Positions 25,234-37,634 of a DNA stretch of 64,000 nt are shown piece after piece (the first letter of the stretch is position 1; every line of letters begins with the position of its first letter). The stretch spans positions 14,200,001-14,264,000 of the forward strand of contig NC_087251.1 of NCBI RefSeq assembly GCF_037042905.1, given 5' to 3'. The notes below the pieces were generated by a model. That model saw only the letters and a program-made list of their open reading frames with translations, had not been told where the DNA came from and made no database searches. The position numbers and the translations under genes were made by a program. The stretch is from Lytechinus pictus. Lineage: Eukaryota.

Positions 25234-25916
25234 CTGAAAAGGGGTTAAAGAAAAACGAATTTAATGAAAGAGGCCTTTTTCTTTACACAGAATACTTAAT
25301 TTCACCAAAGAACGGTGGTTACAGATAAGGTAATAGGTAACAGTCATTCGTTTATTTGTTTAAAAAAAATTACGTTACATGAATTGTTTATGTATTCATA
25401 TATATCATATTGTTCATTAATTATTTTCTTTATTTATATATTTTATTTCATTTTATCGTGTTGATGATTTTTTTTTATAAGATCATTTCTTGACAGAGGA
25501 CTATGGCAGAAATATGGAAGTGTGCAATAGCTGATGTACTTGGACTCGTTATTGGTAAATGATGCATGGACAAAATCATGTATATTTGTTTATTTTTCAT
25601 AAAGGATGTATTGGATCTTTGTTATCAACCAAATCTCAAATTTTGAAATCATGACCGGTACTTTATTCGGCCCTGACATTTCAGAATTAACTGCGATTTT
25701 GTTTATCCGATCACGTCAACAATGTTCAACAAAAATAAATCAATCTTTTTACTCGGATCCGCGTCACCATCTTATGAAAAATATAGAGTTCGGAAAACAT
25801 TGTTGCACGCTGAAATAGGATAATGATAAAGGACTGGTTGGTTATCTTGCCCTTCAAAAGGGGAATAAACAATACTCTGATAAAAAAAAATGTTCCAGAT
25901 TATTATAGTTTGTTAC

Positions 25917-26081
25917 CAAACAACATAGAAGACTTGGCAGGTGGAAGCCGGAACTGGGTGTACATGAACTTTGGGCCGAAGATAAACCACCCCACGTGAC
26001 CTGTTAGCTCTGAACATGTCGCAAGGAATACAGACATGGCTGTAACATTCGTGACGATTCTTCTGAGGGTTTGGAAGAAGT
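25917..26081 (-). CDS. SLCO: SLCO exon 6 (DFFQTLRRIVTN…FGPKFMYTQFRLPPAKSSMLF)
   Basis: OATP TM7 F.PK....QF. 165 nt, tgcag / GTAACA. Confidence 0.88.
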
Positions 26082-26406
26082 CTGCAAAGACAAAAGTATC
26101 CCAAATGTAATGTCCATTTGGATGCTGATTTGTAGTTTTGTATGCAGCTAGAAATAATAAATAGTTGAAACATATACTTACCCTTCCTTTGCTTATCAAA
26201 TCTGGGGGTGTAACATAAATGGATAGTCTTGAATAACTTTTTGTAGCTGATTTGCAATAGACAACAGTTACATTTTAAGTGAAAAGTTGATTATATCTCT
26301 TTATGTTGGAGGGTATATCGTCATTTGATCTAAAGATATCTCGACGGAACATCCGAAGACTGCATATTAAAGAGATATAGGCCCTATAACACTATTATGA
26401 CCAGTA

Positions 26407-27409
26407 GGGGAAGGCGGGGTAAGTTGTGACACTTTTTGCATTTTGCATGTTAGAATTGATATGACTAATAATATTGTAGAAATAAGTTACCTTGCCTTTA
26501 AATTTGATTCTTGGGAAATATTTTTCACGTATATATAACTTTCTACCCCCACACTGAAATTCATTGTGACCTTTGAAAAAAACGATGTCAAATGGCTCAA
26601 CTTGCCCCATATGTTGGGTAAGTTGTGCCACCTTCTGGGGTAAGTTGAGCCACAAAAACTATGTACAAAATGTATGCGGGAAGAAGCAGCATGTCAATTT
26701 TTTATTTCAAGTCTTTTCACTTGCTAATTCTCTATAAATACTAACATCCTCTAAAAGTAAAAGAACTGTCATGTGAATTTACACCTTTCTGCCTGCATAT
26801 CAATGGTTTTTCAATTTTTTTTTTCATTTTTATTACCATAAACATTACCATGGCTCAACTTGCCCCATGTTGGCTGGCTCAAAGTACCCCAGTCCGAACT
26901 TAATGCGATATTTTCACATCCACACATTTCTTATGCATCCATTATTTAAAAGAATATGACAAGAATGAAGATTCATACCTGGACTATCAATATTGTTCTT
27001 ATTTCTTTATTATATTTAAAGATGTGTGTAGGTAAAAAGCACTCCTCTATTTTACACCCTTTTTTACTTTTTTGGCTGAAATTTTCCGTCAATTTTTTTT
27101 TTTTTTTTCAAAGTCGAAAACAATATGGTTGGGTAAAGGGTTATGTTATTACCGAGGTTTTTTACCTGACTGCTAAGAAAGCACGAATGCCTGTGAGCAA
27201 GCAACCAGGGGACCAACGGCTTAAGGTCCTCTCCGAGGGACCTGGTAATGAGGATAAATGCCTTACCAAAGGGCACTAGCGCACCACTTGGGAATCGTTA
27301 TGTAATGGGTCATCAATGCATGACACCATCATTGTGTCTGACTCCTTCATTATTGGCCTGGGGGTGTTGGCTCAACTTGCCCCTATGCTCAACTTACCCC
27401 GCCTTCCCC
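26407..27409. mobile_element. pogo/Tc1-like MITE containing a minus-strand SINE fragment (~27150-27298)
   Basis: Perfect 20-bp TIR GGGGAAGGCGGGGTAAGTTG, TA on both sides, internal CAACTTGCCCC repeats. Confidence 0.85.
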
Positions 27410-27460
27410 TACATATGCAAGAGTGCAGATTATCATGATTATAGTGTCATGAAGGCTCAC

Positions 27461-27844
27461 CTGAAAGGAAATCAGTAAGTCCTTGATCCTGCCGAATCTC
27501 AGTTCTTGTTGTGAAGATCGCGTGAACATCAATATCCCCTTCCTTTCCGTTTTGCTCAATTGCTTTCGCCTTTTCTTCTTTGCTCCCATCTACATCAACG
27601 TCGGTATCTTCGGCTTTTCTCCGCATGGTCTTCGGAAAGAAGAAAAAGGGGATACTAACGATGATGAGCATGCCACCATTAATGATGAACCCCAGCCACC
27701 AGGCCCCGATGTAGTATGGGTGACCCTGCGGAACAGCGGGAGGAGGAACCGAAGGGTCGTAGAAGAAGGTCGGGCGAGCCAAGCAATTGGTCGCCAACAT
27801 GAAACCTGTCGTAGGTCCTAATGCAAACGTGCTGAAGATGATGC
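27461..27844 (-). CDS. SLCO: SLCO exon 5 (GIIFSTFALGPTTGF…YIGAWWLGF…FFFPKTM…)
   Basis: OATP signature core IGAWWLGF. 384 nt, cccag / GTGAGC. Confidence 0.93.
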
Positions 27845-27926
27845 CTGGGTAGAAAATATGAAAAAATAAGTAACAAGATTCTGGTAATATGAATCTGGAG
27901 GATCTAGGAATATCATGATGACAACT

Positions 27927-29382
27927 CAGGCGCGTAGCCAGGGGGGGCGGTGGGGGCGTTCGCCCCCCCCCCCCCAAAAAAAAAAAAAACGTCCCCAAAA
28001 AGAAAAAAAGAAGGGAAAAAAGAGAGGAAAAAAAGAAAAGGGAAGGAAGGAAAGGGAAGAAAGGTAGCTATGTCGGGTTTTTTTTCTTTTTATTCTTTAT
28101 TTTTTTTCTCAAAAGAGAAACTCCTTCACTCTTGCTCTAAATTTATATATGAATTTTGCTTCCGCGCTGCGCGCGGTTAAATGACAATAATTGATGTGTC
28201 TCCATTTTTTCTCCACCCTTTCTCTAACCCTGCTTTTCCACCTCAGCTATATGTGTTTCTTGCCAGTTAAAGTTCAAATGTATAGAATAGGGCATGGAAT
28301 TCGAGTAAGGTTAGGCCGAAGTATATGAAGTTATCTTTTTTTTTAATTGATCGCGCAACTTCTGGTCGGGTCGGCTCCGGGCGGGTAAAATCTTTATATA
28401 AATTTCTGCCGTCACCTCCATAAAGTCAACTTCTCCTGCTTTTCAGGTCATTACTAAACAACCATAATTTGGGGCAAACAGGTTCCTAATTTAAAAAGAG
28501 GAATGTATAAAATTCGTGTCGTATTAAATAAAAAAGTACAATATTTTTTTTTCAAATTCTATTAATCTTCATGTTATTTCCCTGCACATTCATCTCCTGT
28601 CCTGTATTTTTCCCCTCAGTGTGAAATTTTGAATGACACTTAGGTTTCTTTATAATTCAAATGAAGCGCTTCAGGATAAGTCAAAGAAATTAGGCATCCT
28701 TTTTTATATAATTTTAATAAATCACAGAAGTTTCAACTTTTTGCGCACTATTTTCCTTGTAAATGAAGTTCAATAATCTTAGGAAATCAATTGAATTAGA
28801 GCCGATGGGGTATTAGATATATCTGCATTTGATGAAACGTCCGCCCTTCGAAATTTCAGAGTTTTATTGCTCTGCGCGGGGAGGAATATCTTCCTCCCTG
28901 CATATACACTTCTTTTCCTCTGTTTTGCGAGTTAAAGATATGCACTGTCGCTAAATTGTTTGTAATCAAATCTGATATTTCCAAGGGAAGTATTCAATAT
29001 ATCTTTGAGAATACCCTTTTCTCGGGACCCTTTTCATGGCAAAAAAATTGATAAAACGCTTTAGCTTCCGCGCTTTGCGCGGGTTATTATGATTTTAATT
29101 TCCTCCATTGTATTCCTTTTTGTGCGTTCACAATCAATTTTGAAAACAAGGTTCAAAATCACAATATAGTCAACTGAATTGGAGCTGATATAGGTACTAG
29201 AGACAAGAGAGACGGCTCCTTTTCATTTTAATTTATGAAACACCAAAAGCTTCGCGCTTCGCGCGGGAGGGGGAAACTCCCCCTCCCTGCACCCACCCCC
29301 TAGGGAGCGCGCTCTGTAAGTGTTGGCACGCTTCGCGTGCATTTACCGCCCCCTCCAAAATGAAATCCTAGCTACGCGGTTG
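27927..29382. mobile_element. Non-autonomous hAT-like element, 8-bp TSD
   Basis: CAGGCGCGTAGC / GCTACGCGGTTG; TSD TGACAACT at 27919-27926 and 29383-29390. Confidence 0.85.
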
Positions 29383-29452
29383 TGACAACTTGATAAACCT
29401 TGTCCTTCCTACAAAGTCATTCCTAAAACCTAATCAATCCAAGTCATCGGAA

Positions 29453-29813
29453 GAAGCCCTGGTGTAGTGGTTCTGACTATCGCCTTGTAAATAGAGGGTC
29501 GTGTTTTCGAATCCCACCGCGGTGTAGCGTCCTCTGGCAAGGCGTTCATCCACGCTTTGCCACTCGGCTCGACCCAGGTGCTAAATGGGTAATCGGTAGG
29601 ATGTGAAAGTTATTGTATGTTTGAATTTGCCAGCGCGGCCATTATGAGGCTGCGATTAATGCATGGAATGTTCCCCAGGGAGTGGAAATTGTGTACTTTT
29701 CGTGCGGGATTAAAATGAATCCAATGACCGGGGTAATTAATAATATGCTGTAAAGAGCTTTGAGCCATTATGAGAAAGGTGCTATATAAAAACCAGCTAT
29801 ACTTATTATTATC
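29453..29813 (+). mobile_element. Near full-length tRNA-derived SINE with L2-like 3' tail
   Basis: A box TGGTGTAGTGG, B box TTTTCGAATCCC, central GACCCAGGTGCTAAATGGGTA, tail TGTAAAGAGCTTTGAG...GCTATATAAA...(TAT)n. Confidence 0.8.
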
Positions 29814-29855
29814 ATGCTGCAATAACATTTAACTAACTGGATATATAGTAAGTTC

Positions 29856-31509
29856 CATAGGCGGATCCAGGGGGGGGGGGCGAGGGGCCCACCCCCCCCC
29901 CCCTTATTGGCGGAGCAAAAAAAAAGGAAAGAAAGGGGGGAAAAAGGAGGGAAAAGAGTGGAGAAAAAAGAAGAGGAGGAAGACGAGTGAATAAAATAAA
30001 AGATGAGGGAAAACTTGGAAAATAAAAAGAATCTTTCATGTCACTATATAAAATTTTCGTTGGCGCTTCGCGCTCGCATTGCCTGCTAGCTGATTTTCAT
30101 ATCTTGTTCAATATGGATTTTAAATATCAAGTTTGAAAATCAATATACAAAACATATTTCATCTCGGAAATCGAAATTTCATTATTTTGTGTGATTTACA
30201 AATTGATTTTTTTAAAGTGCTCTGTAAAAATGTCAGTTTTATGGTCTGGATATCAACATTTTCTGCTCGCGCTGCGCGCTCGTAAATTTTGATTTATCAG
30301 GTACCTATTATTTTCGTGTATTCCATAAAGTTTTTAAAATATCCCTTTTCAGGTCTAATTATTTGTCAAAACGTATCAGCTAGCACTGCACGCTCGCATT
30401 TTGATTGGCGAGTTATGTATTTCTCAATATTGATTATACAACAAACTAATTAAAGGCCTCTTTTCATGACAGTGTAAAAAAAAATAGCCTCGCAATTTAC
30501 GCTCGCATTAATGGTTAGAATATATTAACTGATGCATCCTATTTATAATTACAAAAGTGTTTGAAATGTCCAGTGTTTAGGCTATAATATCATCAGATTT
30601 CGCGCCCTCATTAGGCATTAATAAATAAGATATTAATTTAATAATTAAATTGTCCCTTTAGTTTCATCTCGCGCTTAGCAAGAGGAATAGGAAGACAGCC
30701 ATCATTGTCATATGATGACATGTCCTAAGGATGTCCCGGTCCTATGTCAAAACTCAAAGTAATTATAATGAAAAATATCAGTTCTTTATTAAGATCCATA
30801 TCCACCTCACAATTTTCCTACAAAGTGCTTGAAATATAGAGCTGAAATTGACTCTTTTTTCAGATCGGAATATCAAAATAGTTTAAGCTCGCGCTTCGCG
30901 CTCGTTTTGATTTTCATGATAAAATATGTATTTAGAATGCCTAGATTCTAGGTCTAAATAAGAAACACATGCGCGCATGATTACTCAGACACTCAACTTG
31001 CTCTCTATTCAAATCATTATCCAGTTTCAGATCACAATATCAAAAATGTTCTGCTCGCGCTCTGTGCTCGCATTATTAATGCAGGAAATCCCCCATTACT
31101 CATTCTTGTCATGATTTACAAAACATGAATAGAGTGTCCCATTTTTAGTTCTAAATCTTTAACAGGTACCCTTTCCATCAGTTCATTGCTGCTCACGTTT
31201 CGCGTTCATAGTAATTATTTAGTTGCATACACATCTTTATAACAAACTTTGCCCAGAATGTTCAAATTTCAGGAAAAAACACATAAGATTTCCAAAAAAA
31301 TTAGCTCGCGCTTCGCGCTCGCATTACATAAATAAAGATTATGATATTATATATTTATGTTGAGTTATAAGAATAAAGCTAAGAAGTGACTAATACGACT
31401 ACCCCTTCAAATAAACAAAAAATTCATCTTCGAGCGGCCGATCGGGGAAAATATGGCTGGAAAAAAATCCGCCCCCCCCCCCTATTGGCGAAGGCTGGAT
31501 CCGCCCCTG
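29856..31509. mobile_element. Non-autonomous hAT5-like element, 5-bp TSD
   Basis: CATAGGCGGATCCAG / CTGGATCCGCCCCTG; TSD AGTTC at 29851-29855 and 31510-31514; internal CTCGCGCTTCGCGCTCG motifs. Confidence 0.85.
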
Positions 31510-31576
31510 AGTTCATCAAAAGGAAGGAGACATTATTGCCATATAACGATCCATAATTATGATGAAAAAGTGCATT

Positions 31577-31887
31577 CACTGCAAAACTCCGGTGTTGATT
31601 TAACACCATTCTGGAATCTATATTATGTCCACCCCAGAGAAGTATTGAAACACCAGTTTTGAATCAAACCGATGCTGTTTTAATACTAATTGGTGTTGTA
31701 TAAACACCTATCTGGTGTTAGACCAAAACGGAACTGGTGGTGTTTAACACTTCTCTGGTGTGGACATACACTTCTCTGGTGTGGACATACATATATATGT
31801 CCACACCAGAGAAGTGTTAAACAACACCAGTTCCGTTTTGGTCTAACACCAGATAGGTGTTGATTTAACACCAGAGTTTTTGCAGTT
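31577..31887. mobile_element. CACT-terminus MITE rich in AACACCA/TGGTGTT; related remnant at ~34025-34170
   Basis: CACTGCAAAACTCCGGTGTT / AACACCAGAGTTTTTGCAGT; internal palindrome and a 21-bp tandem duplication. Confidence 0.7.
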
Positions 31888-31950
31888 TCGGGCAGACTAA
31901 TATAGACTGAATAGATTCAACCATTCGGCACTCCAGTGTGTATCCATCTA

Positions 31951-34020
31951 TACACAACAAAAAAAGTAAGTCCCCCCCTTAAACAAACATCAATAATTTC
32001 CGAACCAATGCGAGTTTTTAATATATTTTTACATGAGCGTGTAGGTAATTTTATAAGCTACCCTCTGAGTAAACGTTATGGACGTATTTCATTTCATGCT
32101 TCAGTGAGCACCGTCAGAAGGCAAAAATGTCACTTTTCAAAAGTCACAAGCCAAATATCATGACTTTGATTCCATTTTATTGGAACTAATTCCACATTTC
32201 TCATCATAAAAAATAGTCAGAAGGCTTGTAAAAGGTACTCTCTAAAAGACGATACAACTTTTTTGGTTAAATTTCACGGTTGAATAAACACAAGTCCAAA
32301 TTTGCTATAATTTGACTGTTTACACATTTATATCAATAAAAATGATAGAATATGATGACAGTTATTTTTGGAAGAGTTTCTTCAACAATATTCATCGTTT
32401 CACGGTTCAATGAACATTTATGGAAAACAAAAAATACGATTTTCAAATATCATAGGCAAGTATTGGTTCATTTTGGGAACTGAAAATGATCTTTTCTCAA
32501 CTTTTTCGTTATGTTCATGACCAATTAACATGCTTCAATGATTCAAAGGCGTTTAATTAAATATCCACGCTTGAACGAACATGTGGAATGCGATTAGCTC
32601 TTTTTTTACGTTATTGGAAAAAATGCAATTTGTTACTATGGATATCTGTCACAAACCTCCTTGCATAGTTCATTTGATTTGATTTTTAAGAAAATCACGA
32701 TGTTTAATGCATCAGTGAGCACACAATATTCGAAAATTATGCAAATGAGAAGAAAGTTCAAGGCCTTGGCCCCACTCTGTGTCGTATCAAATGGTTATTT
32801 TGGTGTGCGCGCCTTTTGGATAGTGTTACTCTGAAGCCATGTACGAAGTTTCATGAAATAACTATTGGCAGAAGTAACAAAATCCGTCCATGAAACAAAC
32901 CCTCATTTCATATTTTGACTTCGTCTCTCATAGACTTGTGTACATTATGGGTGCACATGTTTAAGAATAAGTAACCCCTTATTCAATATGATGGAACTTT
33001 TTTTCACGGCTGTCTTAAGCAATGTCACTTGGCAGTAATGTTTATCAACCTATGGGCAGAATTCTGTGCAAAAATGAAATCGATTTGGTTATTTATGGAT
33101 GAGTGAGCACGCATCAAAGTGGGAAAATTGGTATTTTCAATGTCACAGACTCATTTTAAAGGGTAATAAAGTGAATATTGGGGGCAAATTCGGTTTCAAA
33201 TAAGACTTAAATTGCTATTGTTTTATCATCCATCATTTCTATCACCATACACTTTCCGAACTTTAAACATTTTCATGGTTGAGCGAGCAAATTCGAAAAC
33301 TTAGGAATACTGCATAAATGTATTCTTTTCCTAACAATTTCTCATGATCAGTTTAATTTATGGACAAATCAGTGGTGGATCCAGAATTTTAAAATGGGGG
33401 AGGGGCCTATAATCGGGGTAGCCACCAACATTTTCAAATTTTAACATGATCTAACAAGTTGTAGAGGATACTACCATAAACCCCTATGATGATACGTCAC
33501 AATACAGGGGCCGGGGAAGGGTTTTCAAATTGGGGGGGGGGGGCTGACCATGCAAAAAATCACAATCGTATGGTCATTTTTACATTTTTGTACATGCTTT
33601 TGGAAAAAAGTGGGGGGGGGGGGGACTGAAGCTCCCAGCCCAGCCCCCCCCCCTCGCTTCCGCGGCCCCTGCGATACATTGTGCTCACTCAACCATGAAC
33701 ATATGATATCAACATTGTGTGTGGAGTGGCCAAATGATGGATATTAAAACAGCATAACACCATAAAATTCACCTAAAGACAACATTTGCCCAACTTTGTA
33801 TTTGCACAATCTGAAAAACGACGCTTGTGACTTTCAAAAATTGTCATTTTTAATTCAATCTTTAATTACTCATGCATGACTCAACCGATCAATCTTATAT
33901 TTCCCCAGGAGTTGCTTAATGAGTGTAGAAAACCTCCTACGGAATATCATATCTCAAAACAATTCTGTTCAAAAGTTACAGCAATTTGATTTAGGGGGGA
34001 CTTACTTTTTTTGTTGTGTA
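31951..34020. mobile_element. 2.07-kb Tc1/mariner-like non-autonomous element
   Basis: TIR TACACAACAAAAAAAGTAAGTCCCCCC / GGGGGGACTTACTTTTTTTGTTGTGTA; TA flanks; no transposase ORF. Confidence 0.85.
33505..33671. mobile_element. Small CAGGGGCC-terminus MITE (5-bp TSD family); other copies at 53442-53565 and ~54758-54870 (truncated)
   Basis: Shared GCTGACCATGCAAAAA core; flanks CAATA/CGATA here and an exact ATTAT/ATTAT at 53437-53441 and 53566-53570. Confidence 0.8.
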
Positions 34021-34510
34021 TATATCGGAAAACACCAGAGAGCTGTTGAAACAACACCAGTTTAGCGTTAGGCTTACACCAGATAGGCATTTAAACAACA
34101 CTAATCATTGTTAAAACAATGTCGGTTTGATTCGAAACTGGTGTTGTTTTCAACACTTCTTTGGTGTCTTTCGATGCAGATACCGGGCGTTCTTTAGATG
34201 ACAGGAAGACATGGCCCCAATTGCATAAACGTTAATGTTGTGGTATACTATAACATTGACATTTAATAGTAACTACTATGGTTACGATGATCAACGGCCA
34301 ATTTAAATTTTTATGCAACGGGAACAGGACATCTGTTTTGTACAACATTTACAGTTAGAAAGTCAATGGATGAATGATATAATTCCACTGCCTTCAAATG
34401 CAGATTTGAGAGGAATCTTATTACGCATGACGCATGTATGGTTTTCAGAATAACTCAAAAATGAATATAGAGTATACTGTATATAGATAAGAAAATATGA
34501 AATATCTTGC

Positions 34511-34681
34511 CTATGAATATCGTTGTATTTCGTTTATTCTTCACGTTGTCGTCTAGATACGTGATACAAAGAGGTTGTGCGCAAGTTCCGAGACCGCTGA
34601 GAATTTGGCCGAAGAGAATCCACCCGACCTGCCAGATCAGAGACCCTGATGTAGATCTCTCAGTGGCATCACACTGCTCGG
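34511..34681 (-). CDS. SLCO: SLCO exon 4 (…WILFGQILSGLGTCAQPLCITYLDDNVKNKRNTTIFI), GC donor
   Basis: Translated by hand; OATP TM4 motifs GQ.L.G.G and TYLDDNV. 171 nt, phase 1-1; donor AG|GCAAGA. Confidence 0.88.
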
Positions 34682-37634
34682 CTGGTTAACACAAAACATA
34701 ATAATATTGTTACAACGTTATGACAGGTGTGACAGTAATTAATCAGACAATTCTATGCAGAAAAGGTTCCATGATTCCAAAGGTCTCCGTTTCAACGAAC
34801 GGGTACACTTGAAAGACCGCTAAAATATAATGAAACTTGGCAAAGTTGTTCAGCAGTTTTCACTGTAATTTGGGGGCCATTTCGACTCTGAAACCAAAAG
34901 TCTAAAACCATAATTCTTTGCAATATCACCTTAAGACTTAGAAGAAAGTTGAAAGATTAATGTTAAATCAATATGAGAGATCACTGAAAGATCATCTGGC
35001 ACACTGCATGCCAGAGATATTTGAAAGATCAATCAAGATATCTAAAAGACTAACAGACACCACCGAAACGTCAACCAAGTTTCATGGTTTTCAGGGGTCG
35101 TCATCAGTTTTGCTCTCTGTGGATTGAAGGTACAAGGAGAAGGAATGCGGCAGAATTTAAAAACCGTTTAGTGGGGTCTTCTTGTTGCTGTTCCTTTTAG
35201 GCCGGACCCCAATGGGCGCTGCTTACTATAATATTCACATCGGGTTTCGTAAAGAGATGTTAAGGTCGCAAAAAGTGGTAATAGTATAAACGAAGTTGTT
35301 AAGGTTCTCATTTTTGTCTCTTTGCATCATGTGCATAGCCATGATAGCAGAGCGAGACTATAACAGGCGCCGCTTAACGACGACGGCGGCTGCGTCGTCA
35401 ACATTGAAATCTTAACCAAGGTTAAGTTTTTGAAATGTTATAATTATTACTGAGAAAGTATATGGACCTAGTTCACGAAACTTGGATATAAGGGTAATCA
35501 AGTATTATTGAACATCCTGCCTGAGTTTCAGGTCACGTGACCAAGGTCAAAGGTTATTTAGGGTCAATGAACTTAGACCATGTTAGGGGACTCAATATCG
35601 AAATCTTAACCAAGGTTAAGTCTTTGAAATGTCATCATAACTTAAAAAGTATATGGACCTAGTTCATAAAACTTATACATAAGGGTAATAGTGTATTACT
35701 GAAGATCCTGCCTGAGTTTCAGGTCACATAATTGAGGACAAAGGTCAATTAAGGTCAACAAACTTTGGCCATGTTGGGGTTATTTGAGGATTTGTCATCA
35801 TAACTTTAAAATTCTACAAATCTAGTTCATGAAACTTAGACATAAGAGCAACAATGTATCCCTGAATATCATGTGCGAGTTTCAGATCACATGACCAAGG
35901 TTAAAGGTCACTAACGGTCAACGAACTTTGGCCATGTTGGGGTTATTTGAGGAATTGTCATCATAACTTTAAAAGTTTATGGATCTAGTTCATGAAACCT
36001 GGACATAAGAGCAACCATGTATCCTTGAACATCTTGTGCGAGTTTCAGGTCGCATAACAAAGGTCAAAGGTCATTTAAAGGTCAATGAACTGTGGCCCTG
36101 TTGGGAATATGTTGAATTGGCATCTCTTCTTCCTCCTTCCTTTATTTCTCACCCTCTACCTGTACATCGAGCACATGCATGCATTTACACTTTTCCTGTA
36201 TGTTTATGTGCTAGCCAGCCAGTCCTACCTGTATCATGTTGCACATCTCATGCTAATTCAACTTCCTTTTTTGTTTTACAATGGCTCAGTTTGAAGAAGA
36301 TATTTGTAATTTTTTTTAAGATAATCACTGTAGTATAAATGGTAACATGCATAATGCTGTCCCTGATTGTAACTATTGCACAGAAAAACAGTTTTTTGAA
36401 TTATTTTGTAATACCAGAATGAGCACTGACCTAACTCTCCTTCATATGTATATTCGCAGCTTGTGTAAGAACTTTGATAATGTATTAGCATTCAGTAGTA
36501 ATATCAACCCAGGGCTTGTCCCTATTGGCGTCTCTGAGACTTGGTTTTCTAGTGAAAATGATATGAATCTCTTTTCTATTCCAGGTTATGATATAATTTG
36601 TAATAATAGGAAAAATAAAAGAGGTGGTGGTGTTGCAATATATGTCCATTCTCAGTTAGATTATCAGGTTTGTCATGATCTTAATTTAATCATTTGGAAG
36701 CTGTATTTATAGAAATTTTGCTTCCTGGTAAAAGAAATGTTGTTCTTGGAGAAATCTACAGACCTCCCCATGGTAATTTCACAAGTTTTATAGATGACAT
36801 GCAAAATATATTGGAAAAAGCTTTGCTTTCTCATAAATCATTATTTTTGATGGGGGATTTTAACATAAATCTATTACACTGCAATGATAATGTTCACGTT
36901 GATGACTTCTTGAATCTGTTAATGTCTTTTTCATTGTTACCCTTAATCACAAAGCCTACCAGACTGACTGATACATCTTCCACACTTATTGATAATATTT
37001 TTAGTAATTCGCAACCAGCTCCGTCTTCTGGAGTAGTAATTTCTGACTTATCTGACCACTTTCCTGTTTTTACTAAACTAGCTTTAGGACAATATAAGGA
37101 TCCAAATATTTACAACACCCATACTCGCCAAAGCAATTCTGAAAATATCGCTCGGCTCAGAGAAGCGTTAACTTCGGCTGATTGGAGTGACATACCCTCA
37201 GACCAAAGTGTTGAGAGTGCCTTTGATAATTTCATGAAAAAATTAATGGTTCTATATGACGAGAACGTACCTGTGATTAATTGTACAAATAAGAGTCGAT
37301 ATAGAGTTCCACGTATGCCGTGGATTACCAAATCTTTGTTAAACTCAATTAATAAGAAAAATAAGATGTATTACCAATATAAAAAAACAAAGTCAGCATT
37401 TTTGTATAGGAAATATTCAGCATATAGAAATACGTTAACTGCTACATTGCGTAATGCAAAAAAGCAATATCACTGTGCTCAATTCCAAGCGACTTTTAAT
37501 AATATTAAGGATACCTGGAAAGTGATCAAAAATGTTTTTAAAGCGCCACTTAAGGTTTCAAAGATAAAACAGGTAATCATAAATGATCAAGTTGTGGATG
37601 ATAACAGTGTTATTGTAGAAGAGTTCAACAATTA

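Noticed and set aside
29453..29525. tRNA gene
   Set aside because: A and B boxes are present, but it continues into a SINE body and L2-like tail, and no convincing cloverleaf or poly-T terminator was seen.
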